Source: Candidatus Moraniibacteriota bacterium
GTDB lineage: Bacteria > Patescibacteriota > Minisyncoccia > Moranbacterales > UBA2206
Length of the DNA stretch: 64,000 bases
Reading direction: 5' to 3'
Assembly: GCA_013334765.1 (NCBI GenBank)
Contig: JAAXWW010000001.1
Span: forward strand, 236,589 to 300,588
Shown here: positions 1 to 9,288 of the stretch, in pieces
Layout of the letters: each line of letters opens with the position of its first letter
Position numbering within the stretch: the stretch's first letter is position 1
Position numbers and translations under genes: made by a program
Notes under the pieces: model-generated
The model's database searches: none
What the model was told of the DNA's origin: nothing
What the model saw: only the letters and a program-made list of their open reading frames with translations

Positions 1-370
1 TGATAAAGGAAACTGATTTGTATATGGAATAGAAGGTTATCGCGAAGCCGATGCTCAGAATGATGTCGGAAGCCTTGATGCCTAGATATTGCCTGAAAGC
101 GAATGTGAGCATGGCGAGGACTCCGAGATCGACCAGGGCGTTCATGATGCCGGTCACGAAGAACTTCGCGAACTGCCAAAGGAAAACCAATCTCTTGCTG
201 AGGAGATGCGCGACATACAGTCCGAACGGCGTGCCGATAATGAAAAAAGGTACTAGCCAGATATTGATTGTTTCATAAAGATCCGGTTTCGCGGCTTTCA
301 GGACCGGCATGGCGAGAAGACCGATGATGGCTCCGGCAACCGTGCTGAAGGCGGTATCTTTCTTTGTCAT
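1..370 (-). CDS. GtrA-family membrane protein (3' end runs off window)
   Basis: Own translation from ATG at 370: MTKKDTAFSTVAGAIIGLLAMP...WQFAKFFVTGIMNALVDLGVL; the QFxKF-VxG-N-xVD motif is typical of GtrA; not in the ORF track. Confidence 0.75.
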   Translation of the reverse strand, partial: MTKKDTAFSTVAGAIIGLLAMPVLKAAKPDLYETINIWLVPFFIIGTPFGLYVAHLLSKRLVFLWQFAKFFVTGIMNALVDLGVLAMLTFAFRQYLGIKASDIILSIGFAITFYSIYKSVSFI

Positions 371-455
371 TACGACAGCCGCAGGCTGCGTTCCAGTCTG
401 TTCCATATATGTTTTTTGTTTTTTTTCGAGGCTTGTTATTGTGCCTCGGGTTTGC

Positions 456-1220
456 TTATAGTTCCTTGTCCTGGTTATTTTCTCCCAGCTCTTTCTTGAG
501 TTCCTCAAGATCAGGAGTCCACTCGTCGATAATGGACATGTTATCCTTTTCTTGTTCTGATATCCCATCGCTGGTTGAAACCGGTCCTATTTCCGTCGGA
601 TCGTTTTTCTTTTGGCTGTCGCTCAGGATATCGTCGATATCCCTGGGCTGTTCCGGTTTTGCGAATGGCTTTTGCGAATCGCTGAAACTTCTTTGCAATA
701 CGTTCTCGATAGCTCCCCAATCGGAATCTATGTCGCGAGGAACCACCAAAGTCACCTCGTCTCCGGGTTCCACTTTGAAATAGGTTATGGAAGCTAGCAG
801 CACTTTATATGCCCGTCCTTCGGCGGCTATGAAATAGTTTCCGCCGGCGTCCTGGTTGGCTGTCCCGATGAGGATCCTTCTGGCGGCCGGGCTTATCTGC
901 TTATAGATGAATGACCCGTCTTCCGTTATGGTGAGCTTGAGCATATCGCCCTCGACCAGTTTGGATTTCGACGCGTAGTTGGCCGGAACGGGATATTGTT
1001 TGCCGTCGCTCCCTAGCATTATCTGACCGTCGAAGGTCCCTTCGACTATCCGGCCTCCGTTCTCGTCGTCTTCGGTTTTCTTTTTCCTGCCGACTTTCTT
1101 CTTTCCTTCAAGCTGCAAGAGCATCGCTTTTGCCCCCTGAAGAGTCTTTTCGGCGTTATAGATCATTTCCCTAAGTGCTTTGATTTTCTTTTCACTTTGG
1201 TTGTTGTTTTGCTCGTCCAT
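456..1220 (-). CDS. Conserved hypothetical protein (CPR-type)
   Basis: 254-aa ORF with a globular core (EGTFDGQ-M-G-DGKQYPVPANYASKSKLVEGD) and an acidic tail; divergent from mraZ. Confidence 0.7.
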   Translation of the reverse strand: MDEQNNNQSEKKIKALREMIYNAEKTLQGAKAMLLQLEGKKKVGRKKKTEDDENGGRIVEGTFDGQIMLGSDGKQYPVPANYASKSKLVEGDMLKLTITEDGSFIYKQISPAARRILIGTANQDAGGNYFIAAEGRAYKVLLASITYFKVEPGDEVTLVVPRDIDSDWGAIENVLQRSFSDSQKPFAKPEQPRDIDDILSDSQKKNDPTEIGPVSTSDGISEQEKDNMSIIDEWTPDLEELKKELGENNQDKEL

Positions 1221-1465
1221 CTTTGTTTCTCCAAAAGCGAATTTTGGAATATTTAGCGAATTGTGTGTTTATTTTTGAGAGTTTTTCCTCTTCAATTGAA
1301 TTATACAATTGATTCAATTGATAGGCAAGCCTCACGTTGCAATCCGTAATCATAATACGAGCAAGTATCGCGATCCGGTTCATTTGTTGAGAAGTTGTTG
1401 ATAACTTTTTGCTGGGTGGCTTATTAGAGCCACATGTCTTGGAATATTTCTGGGGTTGCCTGGTG

Positions 1466-1535
1466 TTGACCTTTGTATCCTGGTGGTTTAGAATAGATTT
1501 ATGTTACACAGAAGTGGAGATTAGTGGGGAATAAG
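1466..1535 (+). promoter_or_regulatory. sigma70 promoter of the dcw operon with MraZ-box-like direct repeats
   Basis: TTGACC (1466)-17 nt-TAGAAT (1489); AGTGGAG at 1513 and AGTGGGG at 1523, 10 bp apart, resembling MraZ operator repeats. Confidence 0.6.
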
Positions 1536-1562
1536 CAGAAAGTAATCCATCAAGAACGCGCA

Positions 1563-1997
1563 ATGTTCATCGGAGAATACCAGCATTCGATAGATCCTAA
1601 GAAAAGATTGGCAGTGCCGATAAAATTCCGCGCGGAGCTGGAGAACAAAGTCGTGGTGACGAGGGGGTTGGACAAATGCCTTTTCATCTATCCGGTCAGG
1701 GTTTGGAACGAATTGGCGGATAAGCTGGGAGCGCTTCCGATGGGGGAGTCGGCAACGAGAAGCTTTATCCGTCTCATGCTCTCAGGAGCGATCGATGTGG
1801 AAGTCGATAAACAAGGCAGGATACTTATTCCTGACTATCTGAAAGAATATGCCGGATTAGATAAGAATGTCGTGATTGCTGGAATATATAACCGGTTGGA
1901 AATCTGGGATGAAGGAAAATGGAACGAATACAAAGTGGATGCCGAAAAGAACAGCGATGAAATAGCTGAGCAGTTAGGGAAGCTGGGGGTTTATTAA
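1563..1997 (+). CDS. mraZ: Division/cell wall cluster transcriptional repressor MraZ
   Basis: MFIGEYQHSIDPKKRLAVP and DKQGRILIP (two SpoVT/AbrB repeats); directly precedes rsmH; start moved to ATG 1563. Confidence 0.97.
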   Translation: MFIGEYQHSIDPKKRLAVPIKFRAELENKVVVTRGLDKCLFIYPVRVWNELADKLGALPMGESATRSFIRLMLSGAIDVEVDKQGRILIPDYLKEYAGLDKNVVIAGIYNRLEIWDEGKWNEYKVDAEKNSDEIAEQLGKLGVY

Positions 1998-2010
1998 AAA
2001 TTGCATACTT

Positions 2011-3057
2011 ATGACCGTCCATATTTCCGTATTGCCGGAAGAGAGCATTGAAAATCTGAATATCAAAGAGGGTTCTGTCGTGGTCGACGCGACGCTGGGC
2101 GGCGGAGGACATTCGCTTTCCATATTGGAAAAAATAGGTGACAAAGGAAAGCTGATCGCGATCGATGTCGATGAGGATGCTATAGGCAAGTTCAAGTCAG
2201 AACTTGAAAATAAGAAAATAGAAGCTGAAGGGAGAGTTTTTCTGATAAGGGATAATTTCAAGAATATCGGGAGTATTTTGGATAGTTTGAAGATAGGGAA
2301 AGTCGACGCTATTCTGGCGGATCTCGGATATTCGTCCGATCAGTTGGAAAACGCTCAAAGGGGAATGAGCTTTCTGTCTGACGCGCCTCTGGATATGCGT
2401 CTTGATCGGGATAATGGACTCAGCGCTGAAAAGGTCGTCAATGAATATTCGGAGGCTGAGTTGGAAAGGGTTTTTCGTGAATACGGCGAAGAGAAATTTT
2501 CCAGGCGCATCGCCAAGGGCATATTGGAAGCGCGGAAAAAGAAAAGGATCGGGACAACCCTGGAGTTGGCCGGGATCATTGAAAAGAATGTTCCGTCCGC
2601 GTATGCTCATGGGCACATCCACCCAGCCACGAGAGTTTTTCAGGCCATACGCATCGAAGTCAATAATGAATTGGAAAATCTGAAGATATTTTTGGATAGT
2701 GCGATAGGAAGGCTCAATGAGGGCGGAAGGATCGGAGTGATCTCTTTCCATTCCCTTGAGGATAGGATCATCAAGGAAGGCTTCAAGGAAAATGCGGGGG
2801 GATGCATTTGTCCGGATTCAGTCCTTTTGGAGGGATTGCAGAAGGAATACCTTTCGGCCGTCGAGCAGAATGATCCGTCTGCTGAGCGTCTCGAGAAGGA
2901 TCTCAGGAAAGGCTTCGCGGATTCATCTCATTGCGTGTGCGGGAGAGTCCGGAAAATAAAGATAATCACGAAAAAGCCTATCGTTCCGGGAGAGGATGAA
3001 ACCAGGAAGAATCCCAGATCGAGAAGCGCGAAACTGAGAGTAGCAGAGAAAATATAA
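2011..3057 (+). CDS. rsmH: 16S rRNA m4C1402 methyltransferase
   Basis: HISVL, DATLGGGGHS, DLGYSS, PLDMR, SFHSLEDR, NPRSRSAKLR motifs. Confidence 0.98.
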   Translation: MTVHISVLPEESIENLNIKEGSVVVDATLGGGGHSLSILEKIGDKGKLIAIDVDEDAIGKFKSELENKKIEAEGRVFLIRDNFKNIGSILDSLKIGKVDAILADLGYSSDQLENAQRGMSFLSDAPLDMRLDRDNGLSAEKVVNEYSEAELERVFREYGEEKFSRRIAKGILEARKKKRIGTTLELAGIIEKNVPSAYAHGHIHPATRVFQAIRIEVNNELENLKIFLDSAIGRLNEGGRIGVISFHSLEDRIIKEGFKENAGGCICPDSVLLEGLQKEYLSAVEQNDPSAERLEKDLRKGFADSSHCVCGRVRKIKIITKKPIVPGEDETRKNPRSRSAKLRVAEKI

Positions 3058-3086
3058 ATTTATTCAAGCGGGGGGGCGATAAGTCG

Positions 3087-3530
3087 ATGTCGAAGGTATT
3101 GGTCATAAACTATAGGGGATCCGGAGATTATCTTGGATATGCCAGGATGAAGGCGGCGAAAAAAAGCGAAAACTGCTTCTGCTCTTTGCTTGCGGGTTCC
3201 AGCCAGAAGAAAGAGGCGAAAAAGTCTTCAGGAGAGAAAGGGGGTGCTAAGATAAGCCTGCTCGGTGCCGGTTCTTTCATGCTGGTGTTCGTTGCCTGCA
3301 CGGCTGCTTTCTATCTGTTCCAAGTGAACGAATTGGCCAACAAGGGATATGAAATAAGGGATTTGGAAAAGAATATCCAGATGCTTGAAAAAGAAAACAA
3401 GAGCATGCAGATAAGGGAGGTGGAACTTACGTCGATGTATTCGATCGAAAAAGCTACTGAAAATCTGGGCCTGGTGAATTCGACCGCGGCTTCCTATGTG
3501 GCTATGAGCGCAACGGTAGCGATGAAATAA
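3087..3530 (+). CDS. FtsL-like bitopic coiled-coil protein
   Basis: One TM helix followed by a coiled coil; occupies the ftsL position between rsmH and the PBP. Confidence 0.65.
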   Translation: MSKVLVINYRGSGDYLGYARMKAAKKSENCFCSLLAGSSQKKEAKKSSGEKGGAKISLLGAGSFMLVFVACTAAFYLFQVNELANKGYEIRDLEKNIQMLEKENKSMQIREVELTSMYSIEKATENLGLVNSTAASYVAMSATVAMK

Positions 3531-3548
3531 AAACATATTCTTACTGAT

Positions 3549-5465
3549 ATGGGCAAGGATTCGAAAAGGAAATCCGGGAAAAAGTCGGAGTCTTTCGGAA
3601 GGCCGAAAGCGTCTCCGTCCAATCGAAGGATCCGCATCCTGGCCCTCTTTGTTTTTTTTGCCGCTGTTTCGATATGCTTGAAGCTTTATTTCCTTCAAGT
3701 GAAAGCATACGGGTATTATAGCGAGCTTGCGGACAACCAGCATTCCGTTCTCAAGAACCTTTTTCCCAAAAGGGGGGAGATTTTCCTGAAAGACCATGAC
3801 GGGTTGCGTCCGGTCGCGGTGAACAAGGAAACCAAGATGGCATATGCCATCCCGAGAGAGATCGAGGATCCCAGGGGTGTCGCCGCGCCGCTGTCTTCAG
3901 CTCTCGGGCTTGATAGGAACGATTTGGAAGAAAGGCTGTCTCGGCCTGATGACATGTATGAACCGCTGAAGCACAGGCTGAGCGATGAGGAAATAGCGGC
4001 GGTCAATGATTTGAAGCTTCCCGGCATCCATTTGGCGGACGAGTCATACCGCTATTATCCGGCCAGCGAACTGGCTGCCCATGTCCTGGGCTTTGTCGGC
4101 TGGAAAGACAATCAGCTTGGAGGAAGATATGGCGCGGAACTTTCTTTCGAAGACCGCCTCCGCGGCGAAGCGGGGCATCTTGTTCAGAAGGGTGATAATT
4201 CCGGAGGCTGGATCGCGACAAAAAACAAGGATGTGACCAGCGCCAAGGATGGGGATAATCTCGTCCTCACTATCGATGACATCATCCAATATGAGACGGA
4301 GAAGATATTGAAAGCCTCGGTTGAGAAATTCGAAGCTGATCGCGGAACCATAATCGTCATGGATCCGCCGACCGGCAAGATACTGGCCATGGCCAATTAT
4401 CCGACGTTCAACCCGAACGAATACGGAAAAACGGAAGACATGGATGCTTTCCGCAATCTGGCGATAAGCGATGCCTATGAGCCGGGGAGCATTTTCAAGG
4501 CCTTCACGCTGGCAGCGGCGCTGGATGACGGAAAGATAAGCCCGGACACCACATATACTGACACCGGAACGGTCAATGAAGCGGGATACGCGATCAAGAA
4601 TTCTGATTTCAAGGCTAACGGAGTCCAGACCATGACGCAGGTTTTGGAAAAATCGCTCAATACGGGAGTCATCTTCGCGGAAAAACTGGTTGGGAACAAG
4701 GATTTCGCCGATTATGTCAGAAGGTTCGGATTCGGAGCGGAGACCGATGTCGACCTTTTCGGAGAGGCGGAGGGCAATATCAACAACCTGAAGGATTTGA
4801 AAAGCAATATCCAATTCTTCACTTCAGCCTTCGGTCAGGGGATTACGGCGACGCCGATCCAGCTGGCGGCCGCATACAACGCCATTGCCAACGGCGGAGT
4901 GCTCGTGAAGCCGCAGATAGTCGACAGGTTCATCCATCCGGACGGGAGCGAAGAGACTGTTCCTGCTCAAGAAGTGAGAAGGGTCATTTCACAGCAAGCC
5001 GATGCCGAAATCGCGCAGATGCTTCGCTCGGTGGTGACCGATGGGCATGGCAAAAGGGCCGATGTGCCAGGATACCTGGTTGGCGGAAAGACTGGAACGG
5101 CTCAGGTCGCGAGCAATGATTCCAAGGGATACGCGGATGGCAAGAGTATCGGTTCATTCGCTGGCTTTGCGCCCATCAACAATCCGAAATATACTGTCTT
5201 GGTGCGCTTGGATGATCCGAAGAATGTCGAGTGGGCGGAATCGAGCGCGGCGCCTACTTTCGGTGAGCTTATGGCGTTTCTTCTGAAATACGGACGGGTT
5301 GAGCCGACCGAGAGCTATACTCAGAAGAATCTGGATGATTTCAACGCGACGCACACGCTCAAGGATTATTTCGCTGACAAAGAGAAAGAGGAAGACAAGA
5401 AGAATACGGATGGGCAGGATAACAATTCCAGCTCTTCGGATTCCGCTGCCGCGGATAAGAGATAG
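3549..5465 (+). CDS. ftsI: Class B penicillin-binding protein (FtsI/PBP2 family transpeptidase)
   Basis: N-terminal TM, RGEI, RYYP, EPGSIFK (SxxK), SLN (SxN), KTGTAQ; dcw context. Confidence 0.9.
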   Translation: MGKDSKRKSGKKSESFGRPKASPSNRRIRILALFVFFAAVSICLKLYFLQVKAYGYYSELADNQHSVLKNLFPKRGEIFLKDHDGLRPVAVNKETKMAYAIPREIEDPRGVAAPLSSALGLDRNDLEERLSRPDDMYEPLKHRLSDEEIAAVNDLKLPGIHLADESYRYYPASELAAHVLGFVGWKDNQLGGRYGAELSFEDRLRGEAGHLVQKGDNSGGWIATKNKDVTSAKDGDNLVLTIDDIIQYETEKILKASVEKFEADRGTIIVMDPPTGKILAMANYPTFNPNEYGKTEDMDAFRNLAISDAYEPGSIFKAFTLAAALDDGKISPDTTYTDTGTVNEAGYAIKNSDFKANGVQTMTQVLEKSLNTGVIFAEKLVGNKDFADYVRRFGFGAETDVDLFGEAEGNINNLKDLKSNIQFFTSAFGQGITATPIQLAAAYNAIANGGVLVKPQIVDRFIHPDGSEETVPAQEVRRVISQQADAEIAQMLRSVVTDGHGKRADVPGYLVGGKTGTAQVASNDSKGYADGKSIGSFAGFAPINNPKYTVLVRLDDPKNVEWAESSAAPTFGELMAFLLKYGRVEPTESYTQKNLDDFNATHTLKDYFADKEKEEDKKNTDGQDNNSSSSDSAAADKR

Positions 5466-5553
5466 ATGCTATGATGATAATATGCGGGCGTTCATGTTCG
5501 CCTCACTCGTTCAGTTGTCATATGCAAATGCATAAGTCATAAAGATACAGGAT

Positions 5554-6903
5554 ATGCCGGAAGAAAAATCGAAAAAGAAAATCATGCTGGAACGGATCCT
5601 CCGATTCATGGCTTCTCAGATAGTCAAGAAATACAATCCTCGGATCGTCGCGATAACCGGTTCGGTCGGGAAGACTTCAACGAAAGAAGCTGTTTTCTCC
5701 GTTCTTTCCCCGCACTTCCGCGTCAGGAAGAATGAGAAGAATTATAACAATGAAATCGGGCTGCCTTTGACCGTCATCGGTTCTGAAACGGGCGGAAAAT
5801 CGCTTTTGAAATGGATGGGCGTCTTCTTGAAATGGGCGCTGATCATGCTTTGGCCGGTGGAATATCCGGAGATATTGGTTTTGGAAATGGGGGCTGACAG
5901 GAAAGGGGATATCGCCTATCTGACAGGATTCATGAAGCCGGCCATCTCTGTTTTGACGGAAGTGTCCGCCAGCCATCTGGAGCATTTCAAGACTATCGGC
6001 GCGGTTCTCAAGGAGAAGGCGACTATACTCAAAGCCCTCGAAGAAAAGGATCTGGCTATTCTCAACGCGGACAACGTTCAGATCGCGAAGATCCTTTCCA
6101 AGCCCAAGCAGTACGGGATAAGATCGAACATATTGTCATATGGTTTTTCTGATCAGGCCGATGTGAAGGCTGCCGATGTTTTTTATGGATATTCGGATAT
6201 GGAAAAAGAAGGCGATATGGCAAGCAATGATATGCGAGGGCTCAGTTTCAAGCTGACATACAAGGGAACCACTCTGCCGGTGAGGCTTAACAATATCCTG
6301 GCAAAGCATAATATATATGCTGCCATGGCCGGGATTTCAGTCGGTCTGGGCTTCGAACTCAATCTTGTCGATATCGCTGCCAGCCTTGAGAATTTCTCCT
6401 TGCCGCCGGGGCGGATGAGCCTTATCGCTGGCATGAAAGAATCGCATATCATAGACGATACATATAATGCTTCGGTGGTGTCGACCAAAGCAGCGCTAGA
6501 CGTTTTAGGCGAGATGGGCGGCGCGAGAAAGATCGCGGTGCTTGGCGATATGCTGGAGCTGGGCACGGAAACCGAAGCTGGCCACGCGGAAGTAGCTGAT
6601 AAGTTCTTGGAAATCAAAGGGGATATCTTCATCGGAGTCGGAACCAGGATGCTGTTCGCGGTTGAAGAACTGAAAAAAAGAAAATTCAAGGAGGGCAATC
6701 TCTATCATTTCCGAAGCCCGATGGAGGCGGCTGCGAAACTGGAAGAAATCATCGGGAAAGGGGACATTGTCCTTGTGAAAGGCTCTCAGGGGCTTCGCAT
6801 GGAGAAAGTGGTTGAGGAAGCGATGCTTGAGCCGTATAAAGCCAAGGATCTTCTTTGCCGCCAGAACAAGGCCTGGAAAAATGAGCCCTGGAGCGCGGTT
6901 TGA
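5554..6903 (+). CDS. murF: UDP-MurNAc-tripeptide:D-Ala-D-Ala ligase
   Basis: ITGSVGKTSTKE P-loop, NNEIGLP, LEMGAD, DDTYNAS, LGDMLELG, VKGS. Confidence 0.93.
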   Translation: MPEEKSKKKIMLERILRFMASQIVKKYNPRIVAITGSVGKTSTKEAVFSVLSPHFRVRKNEKNYNNEIGLPLTVIGSETGGKSLLKWMGVFLKWALIMLWPVEYPEILVLEMGADRKGDIAYLTGFMKPAISVLTEVSASHLEHFKTIGAVLKEKATILKALEEKDLAILNADNVQIAKILSKPKQYGIRSNILSYGFSDQADVKAADVFYGYSDMEKEGDMASNDMRGLSFKLTYKGTTLPVRLNNILAKHNIYAAMAGISVGLGFELNLVDIAASLENFSLPPGRMSLIAGMKESHIIDDTYNASVVSTKAALDVLGEMGGARKIAVLGDMLELGTETEAGHAEVADKFLEIKGDIFIGVGTRMLFAVEELKKRKFKEGNLYHFRSPMEAAAKLEEIIGKGDIVLVKGSQGLRMEKVVEEAMLEPYKAKDLLCRQNKAWKNEPWSAV

Positions 6904-7022
6904 TGGATATTATGCAAATAGAGCATTTTAGGCGTGTTTTATATGTTTACTTTTTCCCTCCCCAACGCTATACTTCTAGATAGGCTGGTATTTTCCAGGC
7001 CTAATTCTTAATACATAAAACC

Positions 7023-7625
7023 ATGACTGCTATTTTGGAAAGCCTGTTCGGTTCGAAAGAGAGAGCGCGGCTTATCAGGTTTTTCCTGCAAAATCCCGAT
7101 TGCGCGTATGATTATTTGGAAGTTTCCAGGAGGAATATGCTTAAAGGCCCGAAACTGAAGAGGGAGATCGAAAACCTGTCCAAGATGAAGTTCATTTTGA
7201 AGCGTTCAAATAAGGGAAAGCCGGTTTATCAGCTCAACCAGAGTTTCGAATTCTATCCGGAACTCAAGAGCTTGGTCGCGAAATCCAACGTTTCTCCTCA
7301 TTGCCTGAGCCTCAACAGGATTCCCAAGATAGGCAATATCAAGCTCGCCATGGTAAGCGGTGTTTTCATAAACTATTCCAAGAGCAAGGCCGACATGATC
7401 ATCGTCGGGGAAGCTGTCAGCAAAGCCCGGCTCAATTCGCTCATGAAATCGCTTGAGGCGGAAATCGGAAAAGAGATCACTTTTGTCCTCATGAGCCTTG
7501 AGGAATTCAAATACCGCCTCAACATGCTGGACAAGTTCGTCTTGGAGTTTCTTGAAGGACCGAATGAGGAGATAATAAACAAGATAACCGGGCTCAAGCA
7601 GTTCATCGCTAAGCGGAAGATGTAA
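7023..7625 (+). CDS. Putative winged-HTH plus nucleotidyltransferase-like protein
   Basis: LFGSKERARLIRFF helical N-domain; C-terminal SGVF...DMIIVG resembles a degenerate minimal NTase fold. Confidence 0.55.
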   Translation: MTAILESLFGSKERARLIRFFLQNPDCAYDYLEVSRRNMLKGPKLKREIENLSKMKFILKRSNKGKPVYQLNQSFEFYPELKSLVAKSNVSPHCLSLNRIPKIGNIKLAMVSGVFINYSKSKADMIIVGEAVSKARLNSLMKSLEAEIGKEITFVLMSLEEFKYRLNMLDKFVLEFLEGPNEEIINKITGLKQFIAKRKM

Positions 7626-7639
7626 TCCTCGATATTTTT

Positions 7640-8728
7640 ATGCTATATATTTTTTTCGGTCTGATTCTTGTTGTTGCCGCTCTTTTGCTGTGGATGGTCA
7701 TCGATCTTCGCAAGAGGCTTGAAACAGGGAAAGACGGTGAGAAAATGGCAGTCGTTCTCGAGAGGCTGGAGCGCCTGTCTTGGGACAACAAGGAACTGCG
7801 CAAATCGGTGGATGTGAAACTCTCAGAAACTCATCGTGCGACTCAGGAGAATTCAAGCAGCATCATGCGCACCGTTCAGGGGATTACCGGGCAATCAGCC
7901 AAGCAGATCGCGGACGTGGTGGCCGGGCTCACCAAGCTTGAAGAAACCAACAAGCAGGTGATCAACTTTTCGGCTCAATTGCAGAACCTGCAGGACATAT
8001 TGAAGAATCCGAAACAAAGAGGTGTCCTGGGCGAGTATTTCCTTGAGGAAACATTGAAGAACGTCCTTCCTCCGAATTCCTATCAGATGCAATACAAGTT
8101 CAAAGACGGAACCATTGTCGATGCCGTCGTTTTCGTGCAGGAAAAAGTGGTGCCGATCGATTCCAAGTTCTCTTTGGAAAACTATGAAAGGATATTGAAT
8201 TCGCGCGAAGCGGAAGAGCGCGAGAAATTAGAAAAAAGTTTCAAGCAGGATCTTAAGAACCGTATCGATGAAACTTCGAAATATATAAAGCCGTCCGAGG
8301 GGACGATGGATTTCGCTTTCATGTTCATTCCGTCAGAAGCCATATATTATGATCTTCTGGTCAATAAGGTCGGTGCGGTTCAGGTGAACACGCGGGACCT
8401 TATCGAGTATGCTTTTTGCGAGAAGAAAGTCATCATAGTCTCCCCGACTTCTTTCCTGGCCTATCTTCAGACGGTCCTTCAGGGGCTGCGCGCCCTTCAG
8501 ATCGAGGAATCGGCCAAGCAGATAAGGATTGACGTGGAAAAACTCAAGAAGCACGTCATGTCATATAGCGATCTGATGAAGAAGATGGGCGGAAGCCTTT
8601 CTACCACCGTGAGCCACTATAACAATACCTTCAAGGAGCTCGGCAAGATCGACAAGGATGTCGCCAAGATATCGGAAGGAGAGAGGACAGTCGAAACGCT
8701 ATCGATAGAGAAGCCGTCTTTGGATTAG
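7640..8728 (+). CDS. rmuC: DNA recombination protein RmuC
   Basis: N-terminal TM, NPKQRGVLGE, IDSKFS, KYIKP-EGTMDFAFMFIPSEAIY, VSPTS. Confidence 0.93.
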   Translation: MLYIFFGLILVVAALLLWMVIDLRKRLETGKDGEKMAVVLERLERLSWDNKELRKSVDVKLSETHRATQENSSSIMRTVQGITGQSAKQIADVVAGLTKLEETNKQVINFSAQLQNLQDILKNPKQRGVLGEYFLEETLKNVLPPNSYQMQYKFKDGTIVDAVVFVQEKVVPIDSKFSLENYERILNSREAEEREKLEKSFKQDLKNRIDETSKYIKPSEGTMDFAFMFIPSEAIYYDLLVNKVGAVQVNTRDLIEYAFCEKKVIIVSPTSFLAYLQTVLQGLRALQIEESAKQIRIDVEKLKKHVMSYSDLMKKMGGSLSTTVSHYNNTFKELGKIDKDVAKISEGERTVETLSIEKPSLD

Positions 8729-8818
8729 AGACGGATTTACTCTTATCCATGTCTGATTTGATATGGCAATCGGCTAGCATAGGCAGACGCGCGCGATTTA
8801 TATGTAAAAACACCGAAT

Positions 8819-9232
8819 ATGTTTTCCGGCATTCCATTCAAGAATTTGAATCCCTTGGGCTTTTTCACTAAGATAAAGCTTTTTTTCAAAGAAGAATATT
8901 TCAAGAGCCCCGTTGCCAAATGGCTCGTCATTTCGGGACTGGTCGCGAATCTGGCCGATTGGCTGGCGCTGCGCCTCTTTTTGCGCCCAGTGACCGATAC
9001 GGTCATCATCCACTACAACGTATATTTCGGAGTCGATATGATCGGAGATCCGGATCAGGCCTATTGGCTGCCGACTATCGGGCTTATCCTGTTTTCGATA
9101 AACTTCTTGTTTTCTATATATTTTTATGCTAAGAAGGAAAGAATCGCGACGCATATCCTGCTTATGGCAAGCCTCATGATACAACTGAGCCTCATGGTCG
9201 CGATAGCTAGCGTTATCATAATAAACTATTAG
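8819..9232 (+). CDS. Conserved small membrane protein
   Basis: Three hydrophobic segments, IIHYNVYFGVD motif; co-oriented with neighbours. Confidence 0.7.
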   Translation: MFSGIPFKNLNPLGFFTKIKLFFKEEYFKSPVAKWLVISGLVANLADWLALRLFLRPVTDTVIIHYNVYFGVDMIGDPDQAYWLPTIGLILFSINFLFSIYFYAKKERIATHILLMASLMIQLSLMVAIASVIIINY

Positions 9233-9288
9233 CCTTATGGCTTATCTGCGGGTTTTTTAAAGCCGCGTAAGCCCGGAATACTGCCAGT

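Noticed and set aside
2815-2931. Mini-intein in RsmH
   Set aside because: Too short and lacks N-terminal C/S and C-terminal HN splice motifs.
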